64,000 nucleotides of DNA from Candidatus Doudnabacteria bacterium RIFCSPHIGHO2_01_FULL_46_24 (GCA_001777575.1 MFEL01000012.1:2027-66026), one strand, 5' to 3'. Counted from the stretch's first letter, positions 18,986-28,980 are shown. Translations and numbers: made by a program. The notes: a model not told the origin generated them from the sequence alone.

Positions 18986-19690
18986 TTACTTGCGACCGCC
19001 GAACCAGCTGCGGTCGTACCAGACGCTCACACTGCGCAAGACGCGGACGTCGCGCACGTCGTCGCACCGGTCGAAGCTGGCGAAACACCAATTGCCGTTC
19101 TCATCCTGCCAGCTGTCCCCGTTGGGACGCTGGTCAGCGAACTCGGGGAAGGTGGCGTTGATCAGGATCTGGACCTCCAGATCCCGAGTCAACTCACGGC
19201 TGGTTCTCGTCCCTTCGACCTTCGAGTCCGGCGTTTGCTTGCCGGACTTATACATAAGAAAGTCGAACTCCTCCCATCCCTCGCTTTCGCCCCCGATGAG
19301 CGGCATGGTTCCGGGCACATCGCTCGGCCCGTAATGCCGGCGGCCGGTGAGGTCGAGCAACTGCTGGCCCGTGCGCTTGCCACGCTTGATCCTGACTTGG
19401 AAGAGCACCTCGGTGTCGGTCTTGGAGACTTTCATCGCCGAAAAGAACGAGGCCAGCGTCTCCACCACCGGCGTTGGCTTCGCAACGGGCGTAAGCGTTG
19501 CCTGGTCAGAAAGCACCTGGTCAACACCCGCCGTGGTCAGTTTGTTCTCCAACGCCTCGAACTGGCCGAACATCCGGCCGCCGAACTTGACCGGCTGGAA
19601 GTCGGTCGGCCGCACGATTGCGATGTCGTGCCTTTCCAACCAGTCAAAGGCCAACATCGCGTCGTCAACGGTCTTGGTATTGTGTCGCAT
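18986..19690 (-). CDS. DGR target protein (234 aa, C-terminal VR, probable CLec-like fold)
   Basis: AAGGAGG RBS before the ATG at 19690; last 32 codons are the VR. Confidence 0.9.
   Translation of the reverse strand: MRHNTKTVDDAMLAFDWLERHDIAIVRPTDFQPVKFGGRMFGQFEALENKLTTAGVDQVLSDQATLTPVAKPTPVVETLASFFSAMKVSKTDTEVLFQVRIKRGKRTGQQLLDLTGRRHYGPSDVPGTMPLIGGESEGWEEFDFLMYKSGKQTPDSKVEGTRTSRELTRDLEVQILINATFPEFADQRPNGDSWQDENGNWCFASFDRCDDVRDVRVLRSVSVWYDRSWFGGRK
18990..19084 (-). repeat. DGR variable repeat (VR)
   Basis: 15 mismatches to TR, 14 at TR adenines. Confidence 0.95.
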
Positions 19691-19843
19691 TTTTGCCCTC
19701 CTTCGGACTGTTTGCCCGAAGAGCAATTGCCACTGCCCGTGGCTGTGGGATCCGAGTGCCGTCGGACGCGGTCTTTGGCTCCAACCATTTCAGGCCAAAA
19801 TGATAAGCATTTAAATGCTCAATATTTTGAACTGAAAACAATA

Positions 19844-19887
19844 TATTGTATACCATTTTTGACATTTTGTCAATGCTTGCCTATTAT
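19844..19887. promoter_or_regulatory. Back-to-back sigma70-type promoters sharing TTGACAtttTGTCAA
   Basis: + strand: TTGACA-N17-TATTAT toward the recombinase; - strand: TTGACA-N18-TACAAT toward the DGR target. Confidence 0.6.
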
Positions 19888-19936
19888 TACCTTAGTCTGA
19901 CAATATTCTATTTATCGCATTGCGCGACAAAGCTAA

Positions 19937-20899
19937 ATGACAAAAACCAAAAGCAAACTACAAAAATACTACCAACGATTCCTTGAATACTTGGAAATCG
20001 AGCGCAATAGATCAAAAATGACCCTACGTAATTATGATCATTATCTCAAGCGCTTCGTGGAGTTTTGCGCTAAGCATGGGGTTACTGACCCTGAAGATGT
20101 TGACTTAGAAGTAATCCGCAACTATCGCCTGTTTCTTAACCGTCTTGTGGAGGGGCATCCTCCACATTCTTTGAAAGTCATCACCCAAAACTATCATTTG
20201 ATCTCCTTGAGAAGTTTTCTTAAATACTTGGCTAAGGTTGATGTCAAAAGCCTGGCCGCGGAAAAGATTGAGCTGCCCCGCACGCCCAACAGAACTGTTG
20301 ATTTTTTGGATAACGAAGATCTGGAACGGCTGTTTGAAGCGACAGAACAGGAAAAAAACAAACTGACCAAGCTTCGCGATCGGGCAATCCTGGAATTCTT
20401 ATTTTCTACCGGGCTTCGGATCTCCGAATTATTGGCGCTTAAAAAAGACAGCGTCAATCTTAAAAAAGGGGAATTTACGGTCAGGGGCAAGGGCGATAAG
20501 CTGCGGCTGGTTTTTTTGTCTGACCGCGCGACCGAGGCTTTGCAAAAATACCTAAGCTTGCGCGAAGATAACTCGAAAGCGCTGTTTATCCGCCACGACG
20601 ACAAAGAATCCGTGGAAAAACAAATCGCGTCCATGACGAAAGAATTCCCGGGACTCAGCGCCCGCTCGATCCAGCGCGTCATAAAAAAATACGCCAAATT
20701 GGCGGGTATCACTAAAAAAATAACGCCGCATACGCTGCGGCATTCCTTCGCCACTGACCTTTTGCAAAACGGCGCGGATTTGCGCTCGGTCCAGGAAATG
20801 CTGGGACACGCCTCCATTTCCACCACGCAAATTTACACTCACATCACCAACCCCAGGCTTCGGGACACATATGAAAAATTCCACGGCAAAAACCGCTAA
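19937..20899 (+). CDS. XerC/XerD-family tyrosine recombinase
   Basis: ATG ACA AAA ACC reads on + at 19937 (track strand is wrong); RDRAILE..STGLRISE, TPHTLRHSFAT and LGHASISTTQIYTH motifs. Confidence 0.95.
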   Translation: MTKTKSKLQKYYQRFLEYLEIERNRSKMTLRNYDHYLKRFVEFCAKHGVTDPEDVDLEVIRNYRLFLNRLVEGHPPHSLKVITQNYHLISLRSFLKYLAKVDVKSLAAEKIELPRTPNRTVDFLDNEDLERLFEATEQEKNKLTKLRDRAILEFLFSTGLRISELLALKKDSVNLKKGEFTVRGKGDKLRLVFLSDRATEALQKYLSLREDNSKALFIRHDDKESVEKQIASMTKEFPGLSARSIQRVIKKYAKLAGITKKITPHTLRHSFATDLLQNGADLRSVQEMLGHASISTTQIYTHITNPRLRDTYEKFHGKNR

Positions 20900-20900
20900 A

Positions 20901-21401
20901 TCAGATAATTTTTTGTTTCAGGCCCAACAGATATCCGATGGCCGAGGTCAGCAGATGCAGCACAAAATATACCGCAATGACCAAGAGATACTGCTCGGCA
21001 CCCAATGGCCAGTACCAAAAACTTAGCGCAATCCCGCCCAAAATATAATCAAGCTGGTCAAATATTGGCCACGATTCTCCGGACGGAATGTCCCTCTGGC
21101 GCTTGAAAAAACTTTTGGCCGCATCGCCTAAAACCGCGCCCAGGCCCAAAAGCACACCCAGCATCATAGGCTGGCTTTGGACTAAGGCCGTCAGGGCACC
21201 GATCAAAATCCCGACAATCAGCCCGCGCCAGGTTTTGTGCGCTCCGAAAATTCTGCGGTTGCGGAAGGTTCGGTTGCAGTCCAGCGGGTAGTCCCAGCGC
21301 CTCAACACAGGCGCATGCGCGGCAAAAATCGGGAACATGTTGGCTAGCCCGGCCGGCAAAAAAAACCAAAAGGCGAAAATTATATTGTCGAGGATGGACA
21401 T
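20901..21401 (-). CDS. CDP-archaeol synthase-like (CarS/DUF46) membrane protein
   Basis: LPAGLANMFP, PLD, RIFGAHKTWRG, GDAAKSFFKR and PIFDQLD motifs. Confidence 0.8.
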   Translation of the reverse strand: MSILDNIIFAFWFFLPAGLANMFPIFAAHAPVLRRWDYPLDCNRTFRNRRIFGAHKTWRGLIVGILIGALTALVQSQPMMLGVLLGLGAVLGDAAKSFFKRQRDIPSGESWPIFDQLDYILGGIALSFWYWPLGAEQYLLVIAVYFVLHLLTSAIGYLLGLKQKII

Positions 21402-21410
21402 CAGAGGGTG

Positions 21411-22046
21411 TTAAAATCTTTTTTTTAATTTATTCCTCAAAGGGTCCAGATACGATAGCCATGGCGCGCGGCGCTTGATTAACTTTGCGCTCCGCAGCAA
21501 TTCCTGCAAATTCTCCCGCGTGGGCAGTTGTCCAGCTTCGCAATACGCCCAGCCCACTCCCCTGATGCCATGGGCGTCGCTTGCCGCGGCTTTAGTAATT
21601 CCACGCTCACTGGCAAATTTTTCAGCCCTCGCAGCCGGCCCCCTGCCTCGAAGCCGGGCATTGAACACTTCCACTACATCTACCAGGTCAGTGATCTCAA
21701 ACAGACTGCGTTCACTTAACCCTTTGCGCGCCAGTTCAAACGGATGCGGCACATAGGTCAAGCCGCCTTGCGCCTTTATCCGCTTTACGGTTTCCATCAA
21801 GTCCAGCCCGGGCTCGATTTTAGAAGTCAAAAACAAGCCGACTATTTCTCCGTCCAAAGTCAAAATCTCCTCGCCGACAATTATCTGCTCTCCGAATTTG
21901 GCGCGCAATTCCACGGCTTTTGAAATTTCATTATGGTCCGTGACCGCAATGCAATATTTTTGCGAGAGCAAGTCGCGGTATTGCACATCACCAATGCCGC
22001 CGTCGTATGATATAATGGAATGGGTGTGGAGATCTATTCGATACAT
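21411..22046 (-). CDS. PHP-domain phosphoesterase
   Basis: DLHTHS, TDHN, PHPF, EVFNAR and SDAH motifs; start set at MYRIDLH. Confidence 0.9.
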   Translation of the reverse strand: MYRIDLHTHSIISYDGGIGDVQYRDLLSQKYCIAVTDHNEISKAVELRAKFGEQIIVGEEILTLDGEIVGLFLTSKIEPGLDLMETVKRIKAQGGLTYVPHPFELARKGLSERSLFEITDLVDVVEVFNARLRGRGPAARAEKFASERGITKAAASDAHGIRGVGWAYCEAGQLPTRENLQELLRSAKLIKRRAPWLSYLDPLRNKLKKRF

Positions 22047-22617
22047 GATAAGCCGATATAAATACGCATTGGAAAACCGGCTGCAGCCAATCGCTCGCGG
22101 TATGAGCCGGGTCAATCCAAACTTCCTGACCTTAATTGGAATTATACCACAGGTGGCGTTTTTTATTTTGATGCAAAATCACCTGTATGGCTGGGCCTTA
22201 CTCGCCCTTGCCTGCTCGATCATAGACATGCTTGATGGCTTAGTGGCGCGGGCCCATAATAAAGTCTCAGCCTTTGGCGGGTTTCTAGACTCGATCATAG
22301 ACCGCCTCGGGGACTTCTTTATCATTGCTGGACTTTACGTAGGAGGTCTTGCCAGCCTGATACTTTCGGCCATCCTTTTGCTGGCGGCTTTTTTAACCAG
22401 CTACACCAGAAGCCGCGGCAATCTGCCGGCCATTGGACTGATTGAGCGCACCGAGCGCGTGGCATTTATTTTTTTGGCCGTAATTATAAAAGCAGTTTTC
22501 CCAACTGCTTCCATCTCGGGATTCAACCTGTCCGAAGTCCTGATTTTGATTCTAGCTGTTCTGTCCGTGTTCACCGTCTGCCAGAGGGTTTGGTACGCCT
22601 ACAAGCATCTGGCCTAA
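22045..22617 (+). CDS. CDP-alcohol phosphatidyltransferase
   Basis: PNFLT and D..DG.VAR...SAFGGFLDS..DR signature. Confidence 0.9.
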   Translation: MISRYKYALENRLQPIARGMSRVNPNFLTLIGIIPQVAFFILMQNHLYGWALLALACSIIDMLDGLVARAHNKVSAFGGFLDSIIDRLGDFFIIAGLYVGGLASLILSAILLLAAFLTSYTRSRGNLPAIGLIERTERVAFIFLAVIIKAVFPTASISGFNLSEVLILILAVLSVFTVCQRVWYAYKHLA

Positions 22618-23366
22618 AAACTCAGCTCCGCCAGCAGCGGAAAATGGTCTGAACCGTCCACCTCATGCACTAACGAGCGGTGGATTTTTAAGTTGCGGGC
22701 AAAAATATGGTCCAGGTGCTGGAAGTGGGTGGTGGTTGCCCGAAAATCGGGAAATAAATTGATGAACTCTTTCCCGAACAAGGAATGAATCATTTCCACC
22801 TGCTTGGAGTTTTCGAAAAAACCGAGAGTGTTGAAATCGCCGCAGATTATCTCTCCATCCACGACCAATGCTTCTTTGAGATAATTCGACAAATGCTTGA
22901 TTTGACTAATCCGATTTTCAAGCCCGCCGCGCCAGTCAATGTGCAAATTCGAGATTCTTAACGAAGTCTTGCCGATTTTGAAAGTGCCGATCAGCGAGCC
23001 GTAGCGCTGCTGGAAAGGCGTAATCCCGGCCCGCAGGAGCAAATTTATGATTCTTTGGTATGAACCGAAGTTTGCCGGGGTATCAAAAGACAAGTTTTCG
23101 AACTTTACCAAGTCCATCTCAGATTTCCAGACTATGCCCAATCCATAATCTTTCAAAAACGGCTCTGGACTTAGGAAAAAATTCCCGTTCCAACCCGGCC
23201 CCAAAGCGGATAAAATGGCATCCCCAATAAACTTCCCACCCTTGGAAAGCCTAACTTCCTGCAAACAAAAAAGATTGACTCCCGCCGAGGCGAAATCCAG
23301 GACGTTTCTGACAATTTCTCTTTCGTTGCGGGAATTGTGCAAATTGTAAGACACGAGCTTCAGCAT
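22614..23366 (-). CDS. Endonuclease/exonuclease/phosphatase family protein
   Basis: SYNLH, CLQEV, GDFN, LDHIF and SDHFP motifs. Confidence 0.9.
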   Translation of the reverse strand: MLKLVSYNLHNSRNEREIVRNVLDFASAGVNLFCLQEVRLSKGGKFIGDAILSALGPGWNGNFFLSPEPFLKDYGLGIVWKSEMDLVKFENLSFDTPANFGSYQRIINLLLRAGITPFQQRYGSLIGTFKIGKTSLRISNLHIDWRGGLENRISQIKHLSNYLKEALVVDGEIICGDFNTLGFFENSKQVEMIHSLFGKEFINLFPDFRATTTHFQHLDHIFARNLKIHRSLVHEVDGSDHFPLLAELSF

Positions 23367-23446
23367 AGCTTAAAAAATAGGCTATTGCGCCCAAAAAGTC
23401 AATGGATTATACTGTGGGCAAACCAAGTTCCAAGGAGGACTAAACC

Positions 23447-23581
23447 GTGACCATGATTTTGGTTGGAATCGGACTTGTCGCTCTCGTTGTCGTCATCGCC
23501 CTGCGCAAGCGGGGCAAAAATCGGAGTCACAACCCATCCAGTCACGCAACCTTCGGTGACATCACACCACCCTCCCGCTGA
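23447..23581 (+). CDS. Small 44-aa single-pass membrane protein (absent from the ORF track)
   Basis: AAGGAGG RBS; MTMILVGIGLVALVVVIALRKRGKN... Confidence 0.55.
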   Translation: MTMILVGIGLVALVVVIALRKRGKNRSHNPSSHATFGDITPPSR

Positions 23582-23744
23582 GGACGGCGCCCCGGACAAA
23601 CGTATTCTTTTTTCGTTTGTCTTTCTTTTTTACATATTTCTTTTCAAACCAAGGATGGGCGACGGGTGACGCGGTTTTGGGGACCCTGCTCGCGCGCAGT
23701 TTTACGAGCACGTGCGGGGTAAAAACCGCGGCAGGACCCGTCGC

Positions 23745-25502
23745 TCATTCCAAGGCCGCCGCCACTTGCTGCCTCCACAGCGCCGCATACAACCCTCCGC
23801 CCTGCAGCAACTCCTCATGCCTGCCCTCCTCCACTATCATCCCTTTTTCCAAAACATAAATTTTATCCGCGTGCGCCACGGTCGAAAGCCGGTGCGCAAC
23901 CAAAATCGTAATCAAGCCCGGCTTGATTTTCTCCACCTTTTGAATAGTCTTGGTGATCTGCTCCTCAGTTAAAGAATCCAGGGAAGAAGTTGCTTCGTCA
24001 AAAATAATCAAGTCGGGATCGCGAAGCAGGGCGCGCGCAATGGCCAGCCGCTGTTTTTCCCCACCGGACAGTTTGACTCCGCCTTCCCCAATCCGGGTAT
24101 CGAGCCCTGTGCCGGCGCGGGCCAGGATGGACGCACCGGCCGCCGCCTCCAAAGCCTTGAGACATTCCTCATCGCTTGCTTGCGGCCGGACAAACAGCAA
24201 ATTTTCCCTGATAGTACCGGCAAACAACTGCGTATCCTGAGTCACCAGTCCGATGCGGCTGCGGAGGTTGATGATGTCAATCTCACGAAGGTCCGTGTTA
24301 TTGTAAACAATCTTGCCCTGGGTGGGGGTATACAGCCCGACCAAAAGTTTGACAATCGTGGTCTTGCCGCTGCCTGAAGGGCCGACAAACGCCACCGTAT
24401 TCCCGCCTTTTAACGAAAGACTGATGCCGGCAAGCGCTTCCCTCAAAGCCTGGGGATAGTGAAAGCCTAACCCCTGAAATTCGATCGTCTCCAAATTGAC
24501 AAGCCGCTTGGGCGAATCCAGCCGCGGCTCCGGCGTTAGCTTCAGAATCTGACTTAAACGGCTCATGGAAGCGGAAGCCTCCTGGAACGAAGTCGCGACA
24601 GTACCAAATTCGGCCATGGGGTTGAAGATAAAAAACGAATAAAATAGAATGCTAAAAAATTCTCCTAAGGTAATCAGCTGCCGAAAGATCAACCAGAGCA
24701 GCAAGAGCATAAGCATTGCCCGCAGGCCGTTGACCATGGTGCCCTGGATGAAACTGATGGCGCGGACATATTTGACTTTCTCAAGCTCCAACTCCAAAAT
24801 TTGCGTATTCACCGAATTGAGCCGTTTGATCTCCTGGCTTTCCAAGCCCAGGCTCTTGACCAACTCGACGTTGCGCAAGGTTTCCGTGGTCGCGCCCTGC
24901 AGACTGGCAGTCTGAGTGATGATCCGCTTTTGCGTGGCTTGAATCTTGCGGCTCAGAAAATATGTGGTGGCGCCCAACAGCGGAACCATGAGCGAATAAA
25001 CCAAGCCAATGGCCCAATGCACCCAAAATGCATAAACCAAAACGAAGCTGACGCCGACTAACGAGATGAACATAATATTGATGCCGTTTTGGATAAGCTT
25101 CTGCGCATCCGTCCTGGCTGACTGCAGTTTCTGCAAAAATTCGCCCGATCTCTGGTCCTCAAACACGGCATAAGGCAGGCTGAATGAATGCGACACGGAA
25201 TCGGCGTACATGCCAGCGCCCAACTTCTGGACAATGACATTGACGTTGTAATCCTGGAAGTTTTTGGCAATGCGCGAAACAAGCGCCACTCCGATGAAGG
25301 CCAAAAGCAAAAAAATCACCCCGCGCAAAAATTCCTCAGCCGACAACTGCCCGGCCTTGGTCGCATAGCGGTCAATCAGCAGCCGAAAAACCTGCGGGTC
25401 CAATAGTGAAAACACCTGGTTGATGGCGGCCAAAACCAGGGTAGTGATAAGCAACTTCTTGTAATGCTTAAGATATTTCCAAAGCAGGCCCATGTTTTGC
25501 AT
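23745..25502 (-). CDS. ABC transporter, fused permease/ATPase
   Basis: N-terminal TMD; [16 protein letters not shown] and DEATSSLD motifs. Confidence 0.95.
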   Translation of the reverse strand: MQNMGLLWKYLKHYKKLLITTLVLAAINQVFSLLDPQVFRLLIDRYATKAGQLSAEEFLRGVIFLLLAFIGVALVSRIAKNFQDYNVNVIVQKLGAGMYADSVSHSFSLPYAVFEDQRSGEFLQKLQSARTDAQKLIQNGINIMFISLVGVSFVLVYAFWVHWAIGLVYSLMVPLLGATTYFLSRKIQATQKRIITQTASLQGATTETLRNVELVKSLGLESQEIKRLNSVNTQILELELEKVKYVRAISFIQGTMVNGLRAMLMLLLLWLIFRQLITLGEFFSILFYSFFIFNPMAEFGTVATSFQEASASMSRLSQILKLTPEPRLDSPKRLVNLETIEFQGLGFHYPQALREALAGISLSLKGGNTVAFVGPSGSGKTTIVKLLVGLYTPTQGKIVYNNTDLREIDIINLRSRIGLVTQDTQLFAGTIRENLLFVRPQASDEECLKALEAAAGASILARAGTGLDTRIGEGGVKLSGGEKQRLAIARALLRDPDLIIFDEATSSLDSLTEEQITKTIQKVEKIKPGLITILVAHRLSTVAHADKIYVLEKGMIVEEGRHEELLQGGGLYAALWRQQVAAALE

Positions 25503-25518
25503 TATAGCAAATACATGA

Positions 25519-26766
25519 TCACTCGTACCTCAGAGCCTCGATAGGGCTCTTTTTGGAAGCGGCACGGGCGGGATAAAGGCCAAAGACCAGCCCGATGCTG
25601 GCCGAGACGACAAGCCCGATCAGCGCCGGGGTGAGAGGGAAAGCGTAAGCCCAGTCAAGCGAAAGCACGCGGCTTAGAACGAATGAAACGACAAACGCCC
25701 AAAATGCCCCAAGCAGGATGCCAATAACTCCGCCGATGCCGGTCAGTATCACGGCCTCCAGCAGAAATTGGCTCAATATATCCGAGCCCTTGGCTCCCAG
25801 CGCCTTGCGCAGGCCTATTTCCCGCGTCCGCTCGGTGACGGAAACGAGCATGATGTTCATAATCCCCACCCCGCCGACCAAAAGCGAGATAGCCGCGACA
25901 GACACCAAAAACAAGGTCATGACATTCGTGACCGTAGAAACCGTGGAAGCCAGATCAGCCTGGGTTTGGATGAAGAAATCATCCTTGGAGGAATCCTCGA
26001 TGTTGTGCAAAGCTCGGAGCGTGGCCGTAATGTCGGCCACAGTCTGATCAATATTCTCTTCAGAATCCGCTTCAGCCGCGACGCGATGGTAATATCTGAT
26101 GCCAAAGATGTATTGCTGGGCCGTGGTGTAAGGGACAAACGCCACCTCGTCGAGGTTGAGGAACGAAACCTGGCCTTTTTTGGGCATGATTCCGATGACG
26201 CGAAAGTTGCGGCCCTTGATTTTGATTTTCTCATTCAATGCCGGACGCGCCCCGAACAGCTCGTCGCGGATTTTGTCGCCGATGATGACCACATCCGCCC
26301 GGGCCGTGATGTCTTCTTCCGTGAAAAAACTGCCGTCGGAAATTTCCAAATCATACATTTCTTCCGCCAAAGGCGTGGCGCCAAGCACGGTTAAACGGTA
26401 AGTCTCCGACTCATACTCGCTCGTGGCCGTGCCAAACACTATCGGCATGACTTTCGAAAGCGTCGGCACGTTTTCCTTTTTCTTAAGCTCCCGCAGTTCA
26501 CGCTCCCCCAACGAATCTGACTGCAAACTTTCGATGACAGAAGGATCAGTCGGGCCAGAAGGCTCGCGGCCCGGAATGATAACCAAAGTTTTGGAGCCTA
26601 AACCCTGGATTTGGACCAGGATCAAATTTTGCGCCCCTTTGCCCAAGGCCATGACCAAAATAATGGCGGTGATGCCGATGACAATGCCCAAAATGGTCAA
26701 TCCTGAGCGCGTCTTATGCGAGCGCAGCCCCTTCAGCGCAGTGGTGATGCTGTGTCGGATCTTCAT
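25519..26766 (-). CDS. MacB/FtsX-like ABC permease
   Basis: RSGLTILGIVIGI, GGVGIMNIMLVSVTERTREIG and PIEALRYE motifs. Confidence 0.95.
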   Translation of the reverse strand: MKIRHSITTALKGLRSHKTRSGLTILGIVIGITAIILVMALGKGAQNLILVQIQGLGSKTLVIIPGREPSGPTDPSVIESLQSDSLGERELRELKKKENVPTLSKVMPIVFGTATSEYESETYRLTVLGATPLAEEMYDLEISDGSFFTEEDITARADVVIIGDKIRDELFGARPALNEKIKIKGRNFRVIGIMPKKGQVSFLNLDEVAFVPYTTAQQYIFGIRYYHRVAAEADSEENIDQTVADITATLRALHNIEDSSKDDFFIQTQADLASTVSTVTNVMTLFLVSVAAISLLVGGVGIMNIMLVSVTERTREIGLRKALGAKGSDILSQFLLEAVILTGIGGVIGILLGAFWAFVVSFVLSRVLSLDWAYAFPLTPALIGLVVSASIGLVFGLYPARAASKKSPIEALRYE

Positions 26767-27470
26767 TTGATAAACTCCTCGCCTTTCTTGCGGGACAAAA
26801 CTTTTTCGTCGCTCTCGATCTGTCCGTCCTTGATCCGAATGATCCGCTCCGCATGTTCCGCTGTGTAAGTTTCGTGGGTGATCAGAATGATTGTGTGGCC
26901 CCGACTGTTGAGTTTTTGGATAATCTGCATCACGGCCAAGCCGGACTTGGAATCCAAATTCCCGGTCGGCTCATCGGCAAAAATGACATCCGGCAAGTTG
27001 ACCAGCGCTCGGGCAATGGCCACGCGTTGTTTTTCTCCGCCGGAAAGCTGGGACGATTCATGGGCCAGGCGGTGTGAAAGCCCCACCTGCTCGATAGCCT
27101 CAAGCGCCAACTTTTTCCAGGATGACTCGGGTTTGTCCGAATACAAAAGCGGCAGCATGACGTTCTCCAAGACCGTGGCTTTGGGAAGCAGGTTGAAAGA
27201 CTGGAACACGAAACCCATCTTGAGGTTGCGAAGCCGCGCCAGCTCGTTTTCCGTAAATTCTGAGCTGTCTTTGCCTTCAAACACGTAGCGACCGCCGGAT
27301 GGCCGATCCAAAAGCCCTAAAATCTGAACCAGGGTGGATTTGCCCGAACCGGAAGGCCCCATGATGGCGACAAACTCGCCCTGGCCTATGGAAAAAGAAA
27401 CGCCGTTTAGCGCTGGCGTTTCCACTCCGTCATTGACGTAGATTTTCGCTAGGTTGGAAACTTCAATCAT
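26763..27470 (-). CDS. ABC transporter ATP-binding protein (MacB/LolD-like)
   Basis: [24 protein letters not shown] and ADEPTGNLD motifs. Confidence 0.95.
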   Translation of the reverse strand: MIEVSNLAKIYVNDGVETPALNGVSFSIGQGEFVAIMGPSGSGKSTLVQILGLLDRPSGGRYVFEGKDSSEFTENELARLRNLKMGFVFQSFNLLPKATVLENVMLPLLYSDKPESSWKKLALEAIEQVGLSHRLAHESSQLSGGEKQRVAIARALVNLPDVIFADEPTGNLDSKSGLAVMQIIQKLNSRGHTIILITHETYTAEHAERIIRIKDGQIESDEKVLSRKKGEEFIK

Positions 27471-27471
27471 C

Positions 27472-28980
27472 TTAGTTGCTGTTGGAAAGCAAAACTTTCT
27501 GACCTTCGGAAAGCCCTTCGGTTATTTCGATGTTGCCGTCTGAGCCGCGCAGGCCGGTCTTGACTTCGACTTCCGCGACTGTCTGATCGGGATTCATCAC
27601 CTTCACGAATTTCGCGCTCTCTTTGGCGAATACGGCGCGGGCCGGGATGATTATGATTCCCTCCCGTTTGTCCGTCAGAATGTCGAGGTTGGCTGTCATG
27701 CCGGAGCGGATCCGCTCGTCCGGATTCTCAAATGCAAATGTGGTTTGGTAGGTGGACACGCCGTCAATCAAGGTTTCGCCCGGACTGATTTTGATGACCT
27801 TGGCCGAAAATTTGACGTCCGAGCTGTATGCGTCTAAAATCACGGATGCCTCTTGCCCCAGCTTAAGCCGCGCGATGTCGGCCTCCGGGATGAACGCTTT
27901 AATTTCGAATTTATTTTCTGAGATCAGGGAAATTGCGGCAGTGTTGACCGAGATGATTTGGCCGCGCTGGATATCCACTTTCGTGACCGTGCCGGCAAAC
28001 GGCGCGCGAAGCAAGCTTGCTTCCAGGGCCGCCTGGGCGGATTGGACCCCGCCTTGGGCGGAAAGCAGTTGCGCCTTGGCCGCGGCAAGGTCAGCCGGCC
28101 GGGCCTGGGCTTTCTTGAGGTTGAGACTGGCTTGGGCGGAATCCACCGCGGATTGCGCCGAGCTTATGGCTGAAGCTTGCGTCTGCAGCGCGGCCTGGTA
28201 AGTATTGTAATTAGTCACATAATTCGACGCTTTGGTATTGGGAATTTCGATCTCCCAGACATCGCTGGCCTGCACTGCTGTGGAAGAAAATTCCACGAAC
28301 AGGCCGTGCGTGCCAAGCGCGGTTGGCGCGTTGGAGCGGACTTGGAAATCAGCTGACTCCAAACCGGTAACGTTGACAAACGGGCCCAAGCCGGTGTCAT
28401 AAGCGGTTAATTTGTAAATCCCCTGCGCAGATCCGGTATAGGTACCACTGACTTCCGCTGTAACGGAGCTGATGTTTGAGGTTTTCGGAATGGCGGCGGG
28501 CGTGGAATTATTAAACGCGGCAAGCGCGTTTAATACAAGCACCGCTTGCTGGTTTTGGACGGCGACAAGCGCTGCTTTGGCAGCATCAAGCGAAGACTGG
28601 GCCACTGCCACTTCCTCGCTGCTGGCTCCGGCCAGCACCTTGTCGAAATTGGCCTGGGCAGCGGCTAGGCTGCCTCGCGCAGAGGTCAGGGCGGCTAATT
28701 CGTTTTTCTGATCCAAAAAAGCCAATACCGCCCCAACTGAAACTTTTTTGCCTACTGTTGCCGAAACTAAAGCGACTTTGCCGCTTTTCTCAAAGGCCAA
28801 ATTCAAATTCTCCGAAGCCTCGACTTTGCCGGTCGCGCTCACTTCGGAAACCAAATCAGCCCTGCGCGCTTCGGCCGTCTGGAGAGTCGGAGTTTTTTTG
28901 CCAAAAAACCTGGAAACGGCAAATCCCGCCACTAGCAATACGGCAATCACAATAATGATTTTCTTTCGCGTAATTTTCAT
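27472..28980 (-). CDS. Efflux periplasmic adaptor subunit (MacA-like)
   Basis: N-terminal TM, coiled coil, RAPFAGTV, RSGMTA and GLSEG. Confidence 0.85.
   Translation of the reverse strand: MKITRKKIIIVIAVLLVAGFAVSRFFGKKTPTLQTAEARRADLVSEVSATGKVEASENLNLAFEKSGKVALVSATVGKKVSVGAVLAFLDQKNELAALTSARGSLAAAQANFDKVLAGASSEEVAVAQSSLDAAKAALVAVQNQQAVLVLNALAAFNNSTPAAIPKTSNISSVTAEVSGTYTGSAQGIYKLTAYDTGLGPFVNVTGLESADFQVRSNAPTALGTHGLFVEFSSTAVQASDVWEIEIPNTKASNYVTNYNTYQAALQTQASAISSAQSAVDSAQASLNLKKAQARPADLAAAKAQLLSAQGGVQSAQAALEASLLRAPFAGTVTKVDIQRGQIISVNTAAISLISENKFEIKAFIPEADIARLKLGQEASVILDAYSSDVKFSAKVIKISPGETLIDGVSTYQTTFAFENPDERIRSGMTANLDILTDKREGIIIIPARAVFAKESAKFVKVMNPDQTVAEVEVKTGLRGSDGNIEITEGLSEGQKVLLSNSN

Larger units (their letters stand above)
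17002..19690. mobile_element. Diversity-generating retroelement (RT, avd, TR, target with VR)
   Basis: All core components lie within 2.7 kb; TR/VR mismatches are adenine-specific. Confidence 0.95.

Noticed and set aside
19937-20899. ORF track labels the recombinase as minus strand
   Set aside because: MTKTKSK reads directly on + from the ATG at 19937 to TAA at 20899
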